A stretch of 64,000 nt of DNA from Diplonema japonicum (taxonomy: Eukaryota > Protista > Euglenozoa: Diplonemea), in NCBI GenBank assembly GCA_964019335.1, contig OZ025731.1, positions 124,001-188,000 of the forward strand. Direction: 5' to 3'. The position numbers and the translations under genes are program-made. The notes under the pieces are model-generated. The model ran no database searches, was not told the DNA's origin, and worked only from the letters and a program-made list of their open reading frames with translations. Below are positions 32,023-44,050 of this stretch, piece by piece (positions within the stretch are counted from its first letter, which is position 1; each line of letters starts with the position of its first letter).

Positions 32023-33570
32023 ATGCCCCTTCCAGTCACCCCGGGGGATGACATCCCTCACTACGAGATGCGACCAGCCATCGACCTAGAGAGCAAAAAC
32101 ATAATGGTGTCGTCCGTGGAACTGGCAGAAAGAGAGCGGGAAACATACAGGCTGCGAAACGAGCTGGCAAAACTCAAAGCGAGGTACGGGGGGTTAATCA
32201 AGAAAAGCGAGAAGGACGACCTGGAAATAAGCCAGCTAAAAGCAGGGCTAGCAAGCGGAGGCCTGGCCACATCCTTCAGAAAACTGGACCAGAAGTACCA
32301 AACGCTGCTTAAAAAGAACACGCAAAGAGACACCACCATGAGAAACACCACTTCAGAACTACGAAAAACCTCCCAACAATTAGACGCTGCAAACCACGCT
32401 CTTCAATTGAAGGCGTCCGAGTACAACACACATAAAGAAACTCTCCTCGACGCTGCAAGAGGAGGAAGGCTCCTTGCAGCTCGCGATGAAGCCATTGAGG
32501 CTCTCAAGGAAGAGTACGAATCTTCGGAACAAGAAAACATCGATTTAAAACAGCAAGTCATCACGCTTCGCCAGCAAAGCCTTGACTTTCAAAACGTCAT
32601 GGAAAAACAACAAGCGAAACTTGACCAGATCGCCGCGGAACTGCTGAGCTGCGGCGAAGGCAAGGAACACCTCGCTGTAGAGTACCAACGAGCCCTCGAA
32701 GAACTCGCCGCTTGCAAAACAGAAAACGACACCTTAGCCTCCCATGTTGAAGCGACAACAAATATCGAAACCCAACTTCGAGACGCCATCCTGTACAAAA
32801 CCGTTTTGGAAACCCAACTATCAGATGCAAGAGAACTCATAGAAACATTGCAAACTGAAGTTTCTCCAAAACACCAACAAGAAACTTCCATCCACATGAA
32901 TAATCTCCACATCACAATCGACCAGCTTCAGTCCAAACTCGAACTCTTGACCAACGAGAAGTCAGAAATGTCGGATCGTCATCAAATAGAGGCGAATTTG
33001 TTGCGAACCTCATTGGAAAACGCGGAGTCCGAAGCAGCCAGAGACGCCGAGATTCTCGGAGAGAAATTAACAGCGGCGTTGAAAAAATTGGAGGAACAGG
33101 AACAAAACAAAATGGATTGGGAACGGCTTCAGAACGAGAACAGTTTCTTAAAAGAAACAATCGAGGAGTTGAAACAAACAAACGCAGCAGTCAACACGGA
33201 GTTGCAGGGGTATCGGAACGATTTAGATTCTCGTGAAGCGGAGCTGCAGAGGATGCATCTTATCAATTCTGCTTCTAGATCGGTGAGTGTGCGCAGAAGT
33301 GGTGGGAGCAGGAGCAGTACTCCGCTTCCGATCCCTCCGCCTACACCTTCCTCTGATTCGACAATTAATACCACTGTGGCCAGTGCTTTTATGATGGCAA
33401 CGACACCTCCTGCCGCTTCGCGACACCCTCTCCCTGGCCTGCCCAACACATCACAAAACACGACCGGTATCTCTCTTACAGTGTCCGAGCCGTCACCGTC
33501 ACCTGTTGTTAGAAACAAGAGAATGGCCACGCTGGAGGACATTGCGTATGGGGTGTCCCCTGGGAGGTAA
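32023..33570 (+). CDS. Long coiled-coil protein
   Basis: 515-aa ORF, E/L/K/Q-rich heptads, Ser/Pro-rich tail. Confidence 0.75.
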   Translation: MPLPVTPGDDIPHYEMRPAIDLESKNIMVSSVELAERERETYRLRNELAKLKARYGGLIKKSEKDDLEISQLKAGLASGGLATSFRKLDQKYQTLLKKNTQRDTTMRNTTSELRKTSQQLDAANHALQLKASEYNTHKETLLDAARGGRLLAARDEAIEALKEEYESSEQENIDLKQQVITLRQQSLDFQNVMEKQQAKLDQIAAELLSCGEGKEHLAVEYQRALEELAACKTENDTLASHVEATTNIETQLRDAILYKTVLETQLSDARELIETLQTEVSPKHQQETSIHMNNLHITIDQLQSKLELLTNEKSEMSDRHQIEANLLRTSLENAESEAARDAEILGEKLTAALKKLEEQEQNKMDWERLQNENSFLKETIEELKQTNAAVNTELQGYRNDLDSREAELQRMHLINSASRSVSVRRSGGSRSSTPLPIPPPTPSSDSTINTTVASAFMMATTPPAASRHPLPGLPNTSQNTTGISLTVSEPSPSPVVRNKRMATLEDIAYGVSPGR

Positions 33571-33854
33571 AAATAACCCCTTTTTAGAAAATAAGACTTT
33601 AGATTTTTTTTTCTCCCCCCCCTTTCTCCATTCTTTTCTTTCTATTGCTTTATTATTTTAGATATAAGTTAGTTTTTTTTTTTTTATATTATTATTATTA
33701 TTATTATTCACTTCTTATAAATTACCCCTTCACTCCTCACTCCCCCTTTTTTTTTTTTTTTTTTTTTTCTCCTTTTTTTTTTTTTTTTTGTTCCGAGAAA
33801 AAATCGTTTTCCAAACAGGATAGGGGAGGGTGTGTGAGTGCAGGAGAGGAGTGA

Positions 33855-34469
33855 ATGTTGCGTAGAATGACCGTCAGGTGGATGTCACGAGCCGTAGAGG
33901 AGAGGCTTGTGGCATCAGATGCGTTGAAGCCGTGCATTGTCGACGCAACATGCGTGTACTCAAAGGCTTTCAGAGGCCTGGGTGAACAAGCAAGGAGGGG
34001 GGTGCTGAGGGGTGTGCTAGAAGGAATCGAGTCAGAGATAGAAGACGGTGATGTTGACCCTGAAACAGTCATGCCAAAAGATATCATAGAACTGGAGTGG
34101 TGCGGCATTCCTCAAGTAGAACCATGCCACGCCAAAGCTCTTGTCGATGATGGGCACGGGCTTGTCGTCGACGTTCGTGAGCAGGACGAAATCGATGAGA
34201 TGCCCCTGGCCTCTACTCCTTTTCTACATATCCCGTTATCTAGGATAGCATCTGGCGGGGAAGATCTTACTTCGCTGGGATTCCCTGACTCTTTAGGCAC
34301 CTCTGAAGACAACCCTTGCCTTTTGCTGTGCAAGGCAGGGATTAGATCGCAGAGAGTAGCGGAGCACTTGCACCACCTCGGGCGGTCCCATGTGGCGAAC
34401 ATCACGGGGGGGATCCAATTGTGGCACCACTGGGAGGTGGAAAAGAAGGAGAGGGAAAACGTTGAATGA
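33855..34469 (+). CDS. Rhodanese-domain protein, possibly mitochondrial
   Basis: VVDVRE, CKAGIRS active loop, NITGGIQLW; Arg-rich N-terminus MLRRMTVRWMSR. Confidence 0.85.
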   Translation: MLRRMTVRWMSRAVEERLVASDALKPCIVDATCVYSKAFRGLGEQARRGVLRGVLEGIESEIEDGDVDPETVMPKDIIELEWCGIPQVEPCHAKALVDDGHGLVVDVREQDEIDEMPLASTPFLHIPLSRIASGGEDLTSLGFPDSLGTSEDNPCLLLCKAGIRSQRVAEHLHHLGRSHVANITGGIQLWHHWEVEKKERENVE

Positions 34470-34837
34470 ATATAGAATGGGGGGAAAAAAAAAAAAAAAA
34501 AATGCCTTGAGGGTTTTCCCCTCCATTTTTTTTTTCTTCTGTATTTAGGTACAGAGATGTTCAGGGATTTCTTTTTTTTTTTTTTTTTTCTTTTTTGTAA
34601 ACCCTGTTGCAAAAATGCACGTCCTATTATTATTTTCTTTTTTTCCCCTTTCTTCTTGTGCGACGCATCGACGACTTTTTGCAAGAGAAGGGGGAAAAAA
34701 AAAAAAAAAAAAAAAAAACGTCAATCAAAAAAAAAAAGTTCAGCATTTTCCACGGTATGCATTGGTCCTGGATGCTCCACGTGGGAGTTGGCGGGCTTAA
34801 GATCGGGTTCCCCCATCTCATCGTGCGCACACAAAAG

Positions 34838-34868
<31 letters not shown>

Positions 34869-35051
34869 CCCCGACGAGAGTCCAAACTTTCTTCATTATT
34901 TATCTGTGTATCTTTCACCCCCACCCCCCCCTCTTATTTTTTTCTTTCCTGAAAAAAAAAAAAAAAAAGGAACAGAAATAAAAAGAAAATTCACCCTTTT
35001 TTGGGGAGAAAATAAAAAAAAATGTGCTAAAAAAAAAAAAAAAAAAAAAAA

Positions 35052-36923
35052 ATGAACAGAGCAAACATTCTGACAGCCACTATTTTATGGTGTTGCTTCG
35101 AAGGAGTAGAAGCAGCTGGAAAGAGTATTTTCAAGCTTGGAACGGATATTGATAAAAAGCAATGGGACGTAATGGGGATGTACTTCATAGTGTTCGGTAT
35201 CACGATCGGGTTGGAGCTCATCGTCCACAAGCTGCAACACGACATCTCCAGCGACAGCGGGAAAAAAATCGTTCACCACATCACACAGGAAGTCATGATC
35301 CTCGGCGGTATCGCGGCTGTCCTTGTGGTATTCGAAAACCTCGGCGGCACAGCCGTGATCGACGCCCCATTGTTCCACTACGTTCATTTCGTTATCTTTG
35401 TCATGGCTATTATATTCATCACACTGGTTACAGCCCTCTTCATCACCGTTGAAAGAGCATGGGATAAATGGTCGCGATTCGAAAACAAAATAAACGAGAT
35501 AGAAACAGATCCTTCGCTTGAGTTCAACGCTCAGGTCGCGTTTCTCCACCAATACGTAAAATCCGTCCCCGATGGCCAGCGAATGCTCGCGGGTCTTCTG
35601 TTCTTCAGACAAAATTTACCGGGTCCTCTTAACGACATCTCGTACTCCAGATATATGATGAAAATGCAACGAAAAACCATGCTTAAATTTCTCGATTTGC
35701 ATGGGCAATCGTGGGCGCTTCTCGCTGCCTTATGCACGTTGGCGGCCATCGTCACTTATATCACGTTGAACGTTTCTGACAATGAGCTTGCTACCATTGG
35801 GCTTTGGACATTGTTTGTCGGGTTGGGCCCGCTATTGGTCCTGGTCATCATTTTCTTCAAGATTCGAAAGGAGTACTACAGGTTCACGAGTGAGGTTCTA
35901 AACATGAGAATGCGGGGTATGATGAAACCGGCGAACCACCAGACCCGTTATTTTTGGAGGTCGTCGCCGCATTTCATGGAAGCGTTGCTGCAGACTATGT
36001 TATTGTACCAGGTTTTTTTTTTGTCGACGGCCGCGGTGAATTTTACGTATCGGTTGGTGAATGTAAAACCGTACGGATGGTTGTTGTTGGTTCTTTGCTT
36101 CCTCCCTTCTGTTTTCGTGTTTTTTCTGATGGTTCCATTGGTGCTTCCTCCATTCACGATCCTGTCCTCGTTGGGTGACCTTCTCGACCACGACGTTCTT
36201 CTCAGAATGAAATTAACCGACAAAACATCCGGAAAATACCGAAGAATGTTTCGTCGGGAGACCGAACTAAAACACCTGGCGCCCTTTTTGGAGAAACGCG
36301 ACATGGTTGTGCAGAAGTTTTCGCACGTTCAGATGGAAAACGCGGAACGACGGTTCAAGGAGAAGGACAGTGTTCACTGTGTTGAATGCGAGTCAAAGGA
36401 GGCCGTCGTGAGGTGCAACTCCTGCGGAATACTTTGCGATACCTGCGACAATGATTATCATAAGCTGAGAGTTCACTTAAGACATAAAAGACGCCCTTTG
36501 AACGAGCAGGACGACGATGATAGCGATTTTGAAGAGGGCGTCGATGCCACCACCGCAGTGGTTTCAGCTATGTCCGGTCGGCCCGGTAGAAAACTTCATA
36601 CCCCAGCTACAAGGACACTTCCGCCTCTCCCAGCATACCCCACCTCCACCTCTGACGGGCTTTCTGCGATTGAGGCAGCGCTTGGGCTTCCGCCGTTAAA
36701 AGATCCTCCTGTTGGAAGCAGTGGAAGCAGTAGTGGTGGGCTCACCAGCTCTCGTGGGAGCGTGGGGCATCCTTCCTCAGGAAGGGGGCGTGGGTTACGC
36801 CCCCCGCCTCTGTCGCAGCCTCTTCGTCCGCAGGGCAGGTTGAGAGGCCGTCGTGATTACCACCCCGGGTCGCCCTCTGTGGGCGGGTACTCAAAATTAC
36901 TTGACGATGATACAAGGGTTTAA
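35052..36923 (+). CDS. MLO-like multi-pass membrane protein with C-terminal B-box zinc finger
   Basis: MLO-like motifs QEVMILG, HYVHFVIF, WSRFE and FWRSSP; CxxC..CxxC..CxxCD..H..H B-box. Confidence 0.75.
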   Translation: MNRANILTATILWCCFEGVEAAGKSIFKLGTDIDKKQWDVMGMYFIVFGITIGLELIVHKLQHDISSDSGKKIVHHITQEVMILGGIAAVLVVFENLGGTAVIDAPLFHYVHFVIFVMAIIFITLVTALFITVERAWDKWSRFENKINEIETDPSLEFNAQVAFLHQYVKSVPDGQRMLAGLLFFRQNLPGPLNDISYSRYMMKMQRKTMLKFLDLHGQSWALLAALCTLAAIVTYITLNVSDNELATIGLWTLFVGLGPLLVLVIIFFKIRKEYYRFTSEVLNMRMRGMMKPANHQTRYFWRSSPHFMEALLQTMLLYQVFFLSTAAVNFTYRLVNVKPYGWLLLVLCFLPSVFVFFLMVPLVLPPFTILSSLGDLLDHDVLLRMKLTDKTSGKYRRMFRRETELKHLAPFLEKRDMVVQKFSHVQMENAERRFKEKDSVHCVECESKEAVVRCNSCGILCDTCDNDYHKLRVHLRHKRRPLNEQDDDDSDFEEGVDATTAVVSAMSGRPGRKLHTPATRTLPPLPAYPTSTSDGLSAIEAALGLPPLKDPPVGSSGSSSGGLTSSRGSVGHPSSGRGRGLRPPPLSQPLRPQGRLRGRRDYHPGSPSVGGYSKLLDDDTRV

Positions 36924-37156
36924 GAAAAAAAATTTTTTTTTATTCCCCCCCCCTTTTTTTTTTCGCCATGCGGTTGTGGGGAGGAGACCCTCAGCCCGCG
37001 TGACCTATAGATAGATATAAAAAAAGAGAGTTTTTTTTTGTTTTTGTTTTTTTTTTTTTAAGAAGGAAGAATGAGAAGGAAGAGGAGGGGGTGGCATCTT
37101 TCTTTCTTACTCTCACTCTCCCCCCTTTTTTTTTTGTATTTAACAAGTACTGCTCG

Positions 37157-37197
<41 letters not shown>

Positions 37198-37581
37198 GTG
37201 GTAGTACTTATCAGGATTTGTACCTCGGACGGGAAAACAGCGGTCTCGACCAAACAGACAAAAAAAAAAAAAAAAAAAAAAAAAACACCCCAAGAAACTA
37301 TTCTTTTATTTTCCAAGAACTCTGCCCCATTCTTCTTTTTTTTCTTTTTTCTTTTTCTCCTTCTTCCATTTTCATTAGGTCTGTTTGTTAGTTTTTCTTT
37401 TATTTATTATTTTTTTTTTTGTCGTCCACGCTTCATTTAATTTCATTTAAAAAAAAAACCCCCCACCTTTTTTTTAAGGAGAACAAGAGGGGGAAAAAAA
37501 AAAAGAAAAAAAAAAGAAGGGAAAAAAAAACATGAAAATATTACACTAAAAAAAAAAAATAATAATTTCGAGAATAAAAAA

Positions 37582-40500
37582 ATGAAAGAAAAACCGAATT
37601 TACCGACGCTGGTGACGCTGGAGGGGCAAGGGGGGCCGGCGGGTGTGCCGACCTCCCCGCGGTTGATACAACGGGAGGAAAGCAGGCACCACGCGAGGCA
37701 GGCCAAGCTTTTGAATGAGCTTGGCCAGGACGACCTCGCGACCTTCACCCCGAAAATGCTGCAGAAGCATTTGCTGGAACGCAGGGCTCCGGACCTAGCA
37801 TACCACACAGAACCCACACACGCCGCTGTTCTCTACTTTGACATCGTCGGCTTCACGTCAATAATGGACAAATTCGTGAGATTAGACAATGGTGCTGAAC
37901 GGATGTCGTACCACTTGAACTACACTTTCAGAGTCATCTTGGAAGAAATTCAAAAGTACCATGGTGACACTCTGCAGTTTAGCGGCGACGCAGTCATGGC
38001 TGCCTGGATCATAGAGAATCCCTCCGACAAGCAGGCTTTGAAAAATGTAGTGACTCTAGCTGCACAATGCGGTGAGTCTGTCGTCTCAGCTGTAGGGAAG
38101 CGCACTATCGAAGTTGGTGAAGAAAGTGTAGATCTCATGCTCCATGTTGGTCTAGCATGTGCGCCGATGACGATGCTGATAGTCGGTGGTATTAAGCGCC
38201 ATTGGAAGTTTGTTTGTATTGGTCCAGCCATTTCCGCTGCTGCCACCGCATCCGTCCTCGCGCAAGCAGACCAAATCGTAGTCACGCAGGAAACCATCGA
38301 CTGCAGCAAACCATCCCTCTCGGGTAATTCTATTCCCAACCATCCCGGTTACGCCTTGCTTGTAAAAGCCGCGAAGAAGACCCCCCCCAGCCCATACCTC
38401 CAACCCAACATGTTGCCTCCTATCGGGTCTATGAACTCGTTTCTCTCTTCTGCCGTGACCGGGCTTCTCTATGAGATGAAACAGGGAGAGTCACCGCGGT
38501 CCATCTCCTCACCCTCACGGCAGATCAAAGAAACACCCCTCACTGCAGGCGAGGTCCGAACCGTGTCGTCCCTCTTCATCAAGCTCATCGTCGACGTCAC
38601 TACCGACGACTTGGACAGTGTACACTCTGCGTACATGACAATACAACGCAAGCTTACAAAGACAGGTGGGACAAGCAACAAGCTAATCTATGATGATAAA
38701 GGGCTCATCTGCTTGTGTGTCTTCGGGCTTCCAGGAATGTCACACGAGGACGATGCTGCACGGTCCATCACCTTCGCGAAGAGCACACTCGCCAGGCTCA
38801 GCGACAAAGATATCGTTGCCTGCATAGGCATCTCTCGATCCCGTGCGTACTGCGGCATCTGTGGATGCGACTCGCGACGTGAGTACACGGTGCTTGGTGA
38901 TGGCGTGAACCTTGCGGCGCGATTGATGGGGCAAGCTGAAGAGCTTGTCAATACAGGCGAACTTTGTATTGTGGTTGATGAGTCCACGAAGGAGAGCTGC
39001 GCCGGTGTGCATGAGTTCACTGAAGCCAGTAAGGTGAATGTGAAGGGTAAGGAACAGCTTGTGAAGGTGTACAAGGTGGTCGATACCCCCCTCACGCACC
39101 GGTCGAAGAACTCCTCCAATGACAAGGTGCCGTGTACCATCCGCGCCTCTCCTTCCCTCCGCAGGAGCGAGTCGTTCCTTTCCTCGTCGTCCTCCTCCTC
39201 CATCTTCTCTACACGGTCCCTCTCGGAACATTTTCCCGGTTCCCCCTGCACGGTTGTGTCAGGTGGTGCCGCGAGCGTCCGTTCTGCCTCGTCTGGTATC
39301 ACAGTCATCACACCCCTCGCACGCTCTCTCCGCAACATGGCAAGGGTCTCTGCCGCACTGTCGTCGTCCTCAGCCAACAGCGTCCCCGAATCCCTTGGGT
39401 CCATTCAGCACCTTTTCCCGTGCACGACCAACCAGGGCTCCCTTGTAGTGATAGGTCGAATCGAAGAAATGAAATCCTTTGCCCACTGTATCGATAAGCT
39501 CGCCGAAGGTGAGCAGATCGCTAGGTTTTCCCGCACAGTGAAGCGGAAGATGCGCAGAACCATCACACCTGCGGTCACTGACCCCGACAGTGCTGGGAGC
39601 GGCGATGAGGGCGCTGCTGCCGATTACATCACGCTGGAGGAGGAGGGGAATGGAAGGAACTTTTCCCGAATGACACCCAGAGGGCTTGCGTCGAAGAAGT
39701 CGTTTGCATCTGTTGCGCAGTCTGTAGGGACCACAGTGGATTTGAACGGGGACCGTGAGCCGACAGTTGTTACGACACCTGTTGACGCGTCGCTCCCTGT
39801 TGCTAAAGCAGAAGAACCTACAGAACAGAAGGCCGAGGAGCAGATGACACCGCCACCCAATGCACCGCCCACACCACCACCGCCACCCCCGCCTCCACCT
39901 GACGCAGGACAGATGACAGAGAACATCGAAAATGTCTGCAGCAGCCCTCTAACTTCCGTTCCCTCGTCACCTCCTGAACAGCCTGCAGAGGCTTCTTACG
40001 ACGAACCCTTGCCGCTTCCCCTGGCGCTTACCAAGCACGGATCGCAGACAGCTGTACCGACACCTCAAGTACCCAGGTCACCCGAGTCGGAGCCCAGTAG
40101 GCTGAAAAGAAAGCCCACTGTGACTACCATCAACACAGTCGATACGTCAAGGACGCGGTTCATCCTGCTGGAAGGCGAGGTTGGGATCGGGAAGTCCATC
40201 CTGCTGCATAAGGCAGCAGACATGGCGAGAGACAAGAGAGTCATCAGCCACATGCTGACAGGTGCCATGGTGATGCGGAAGCGCCCGTATGGCGTGTTCA
40301 GCAAGCTGCTCGACGAGATCGTGAGCGACAGGGGCATCGAGACGCTGTTCCAGGCACCTGTCACCGCTCAGCAAGGGGCGGTTTTGAAATACCTGTGCCC
40401 GGGACTTGAAATGGAAATCCCCGAAGGGGACGCAATGGAAGGAGGTTCGCGGCAGAGGATGCAAGCGGTCAACGAACTGATAAAAGCCATGCTGTCGCGG

Positions 40501-43242
40501 TACTCACGCGGGCATGGGTACCTGCTGGTCATCGACGACGTGCAGTGGTTGGACGACCTGTCATGGAGCGTCTTGATGTATCTCGCGGAACACGAGCCTG
40601 TCGTGTCGATGGTGATGTCGAAAAGGATCCGTGGTGTCGTCGTTGCCGGGAACATCATGGCGGAAGACGAACAGAACAACGAGAAATTCCACCAAGGACT
40701 GCTGCAGTCCGCAAGCAGATCACGTCTGCCATCTCTCGACGACGAGCTAGACATGTCGATGCGGTCAGAGTCCACAGGGACACACTCCACCGACGGCGAG
40801 CATGATGAACTGGAGGAGCTTGCCAAGGGTTCCATATTCAAGATGGAATTCTTGTCAGAGTACAGGACGTATGGCGGTGGTTGTGTGTTCCAGCTGACTC
40901 CCTTGAACCGTGACATGAGCTCCATGTTCTACAAGATGGTCCTGTCGGTTAAGTCTATTGAAGCGTCTGTTTTCAACTATGCATTCGAGCGAAGTTCTGG
41001 CAACCCGGGAGTCGCCGAGCGGCTTTTTGTGGCACTGAACGAGCGAAAGGCTCTCGTCGTGCTGGGCGACAGGGTCGTCGAGTTCACTCCTTCCGTGCAC
41101 CCCTCTGACTTCGAGCACATTGTGCCCTCAGACGTGGAGGCCATGTTCGTGTCTGTTACCGACAAGCTTCCCCACGACCAGCAGTACCACCTCAAGATCA
41201 TGGCCGTCCTCGGTCTTAGCTTCTCCCTCCCCCTCTTCAGCTCCGTTGCTAGTCTCACTCAAGACAAGGCGAAGGACCGCTGCGACTCTCTTGTCTCCTC
41301 CGCCATCCTCGTGCAGAGCACGTCACAAGCCGAAGACCGCTTCTACAGCTTCAGAGTCCCTCTTTTGAGGGACTGCGTGTATCAGAAAATGTTGATGAAC
41401 CAGAAGAAGGACATGCACCTTAAGGTCGTGTGCGCGCTTGAAAACAGCGCGAGATGCGACCCCGTAGTCCTCGCCAGGCATCTTGTCAAGGCGGAGGATG
41501 ACAGGGCGGTTGCCTTCCTCAGCACAGCGGCGTCGAAGGAGCTGTGGAACAACAATTACCAATCAGCGACGGGATTGATCAAGCAGCTTCTGGACTGCTC
41601 GAAGCAGGGCCCCTCATGGGTGACCATCAAGTGGACTCGCAAGCTTCATATCTGCTGCCTGCACATCGGGAAGCACAACGAGGCGACGAAGCTGCTCGAA
41701 CGACTAGGGAAGCTGCTAAACGAACAGGTGCCGAAGCCCACAAGAACGGCTCTGTGGAAGGCACACATGAGAATGTCGTTCGCCCCGACCTTCTCGTGCT
41801 GCTTCGGAACAGTCCCTGCAACGACGTCGGACAAGACATTGTTGCTGGAGAGGATCCTGTTCACATACTACAAAGTAAGCGACATGCTGTTCGGGCAGGA
41901 CACAGGCGGACTGGAACTCGTGTGCCTGCGGGGTTTGCGGTACCTGGAGTTATACAAGAAATGCTGCACCACTACAAGACAAGCGGGAAGCAGTTCAGCG
42001 TTGATCTCCGCACCTGAAGAGGCTTGGGCAGACACACATGACGAAGAAGAAGACACACAAGACCTGGACAAGGTCCGACCTGCTTTACTCGCAGCACTGC
42101 GATACCTCGACTACAGCAAAGGACACATCGCCAAGCAGGACCCGTCTGAGAAGCACAGCGTGTACAAGCAAGGCCTCCTGCAGCCCTTCGCAGGAGAGTC
42201 CACAGCGTCATTATTCTGCACTGCGTCCAACGTGGAGGACGTGAACCACTCCATCAGGACGCTGCGTCACATCCAGTCGTCTGCTGAGGGGCGCAGCTGC
42301 ACGTACACAGTACACCTGTCGCTTGCGCTGCAGGCAGTGCTGGAGGCACTCCGCGGGCAGATCGGCGACGCCCTCATCGTTGCAGGCGAACTGAGAGAAT
42401 CATGCAAATCGGAGGCAACACGTGACACAAGATTCGGTCTGTACTCCTTAGCTCTGGGGTGTATAGTGCTCTACAGCCATATCGATGCACCGTCGAGCTT
42501 GCAGGGTATGAATTGGAAGAAGAAAAAAAAAAAAAAAAGAAAAAAAAAAAAAACACCATAGAGCCCCGCGAACGGATTGAAAATGTGTTGTTATTTGCCG
42601 AATCGCACAAAACACGGATAACAGACAATGTGCTTCTTGCACTGTTGGGGAGCTCGTTGGCATTGGTATGATTTAAAAAAAGAGAAAAAAAAAAAAAAAA
42701 AAAGAACCAAAATCTACAGGGGCTTTCTCGGGAGGAGGACTCTGACCGGGCTCTGGGAGTGGTTCGTACGTATAACATAATATCGTTGGTGTCGCAGGTT
42801 GCTCTTTTCACCCCGTTCCACTTCCTTATTGTCCCTGCTTTGCTTGAGGTGCTTGTCCGCGCGTACGTTGTGCGCTCGAGCAAGGACTTCGAGACCATTC
42901 TCATTATTCTCGATATTTATACTGAAATGGCTGCAAAATTCCCTGTTTCGCGTGGAGGGCTCTACTACTGGAAGGGAGAGGTACTCAAGGCAAAGGGTGA
43001 TATTCAGGGAGCAATAACAACTTGGATGGAGGGCATTGGTATCAGCGAAGTGTCCAAGATGCCATATGACGGGGCTCTGTGTAAAGCTGGGCTTGCGGTA
43101 TATTTTTTAAACGGGAAAAAAAAAAAAAAAAAAAAAAAAACAGTTACTCTCTGGTACCAACGAGTCTGAGCGTGTGGTCTATCTCCAAGAAGCTGCGGAA
43201 GTATTTGCAATGTGCAAAACAAATGACTGTTTGCCTTTATGA
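37582..43242 (+). CDS. Soluble adenylyl cyclase-like protein (two class III cyclase domains, P-loop NTPase, helical tail); introns 42506-42561, 42666-42719, 43098-43143
   Basis: DIVGFT, FSGDA, DDKG, GDGVNLAARLM, GEVGIGKS and IDDVQWLD as in the ADCY10 family; three GT-AG introns restore a continuous frame. Confidence 0.88.
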
Positions 43243-44050
43243 GATTTTTTTTTTTTTTTTTTTTTTTTTGTGCCATTTCTGTTTTGTTTTGTTTTTTTTT
43301 TTTTTTTTTTTTTTTTTCCCTTCTTCTTCATTCTATTGTCATTTCTCAAAAAAGAATTTTTAAAGGAAAAAAAAGGGGGAGGAAAAAGATGTTTAAGTGC
43401 GTCAGCCCTCTCCCCCTTTTTTTTTTTTCTTTTTTTCTTTCGTTTTCTCCCCTCTTTTTTTTTTGTATCTCCTTTTTTTTTTTTGGTTGACCGACTTCTT
43501 TTATTAGCAAAGTTGGGCAGGAGGGAAAAAAAAAGAAGAGAACAAAACAAAACAAAGAAAAAAAAAAGAAGAAAAAAGCCAAAACCAAAACAATGAGTTT
43601 TCCTTTTTTAAAAGGAGGGGTGGAGGAGAAAGAGAAGGAAAAAGAAAGAAAAACATATGAAAAAAAACCCCCCTCAAAAAAAAAAAAAACAGCAAGCAAC
43701 CAAAGAAACAAACAACAGGGAGAAGGGGGAAAAAAGGTTTTGTTTCCTCCTCTCTATCTCCCGCTTTTTCTTTTTCTTTTTCTTTTTTGTCGCACCAACA
43801 CAAGGAAAATTCGCAAAAAAAAAAAAAAAAAAAAAAAAAAAAGCAAAAAAAAAAAAAAAAATGGGGGAAAAAACCAAAAGCAAACAAACAAACAAATGAG
43901 AGAAGGAGGAGGGGAAGATTAAAGAGGGCTTTTTTTTTTTTTTTTTTTTTTTTTCGTTCTTTTTTTTTTTCTTTTTCTTTTAGTGCTTTTTTTGTTATTT
44001 TTTTTTTTTTTTTTTTTTTTTTTCCCTGGCCTGACACTTTCTTCTTTTTT
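43243..44050. repeat. Low-complexity alternating poly(T)/poly(A) blocks
   Basis: Almost entirely homopolymer tracts. Confidence 0.8.
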
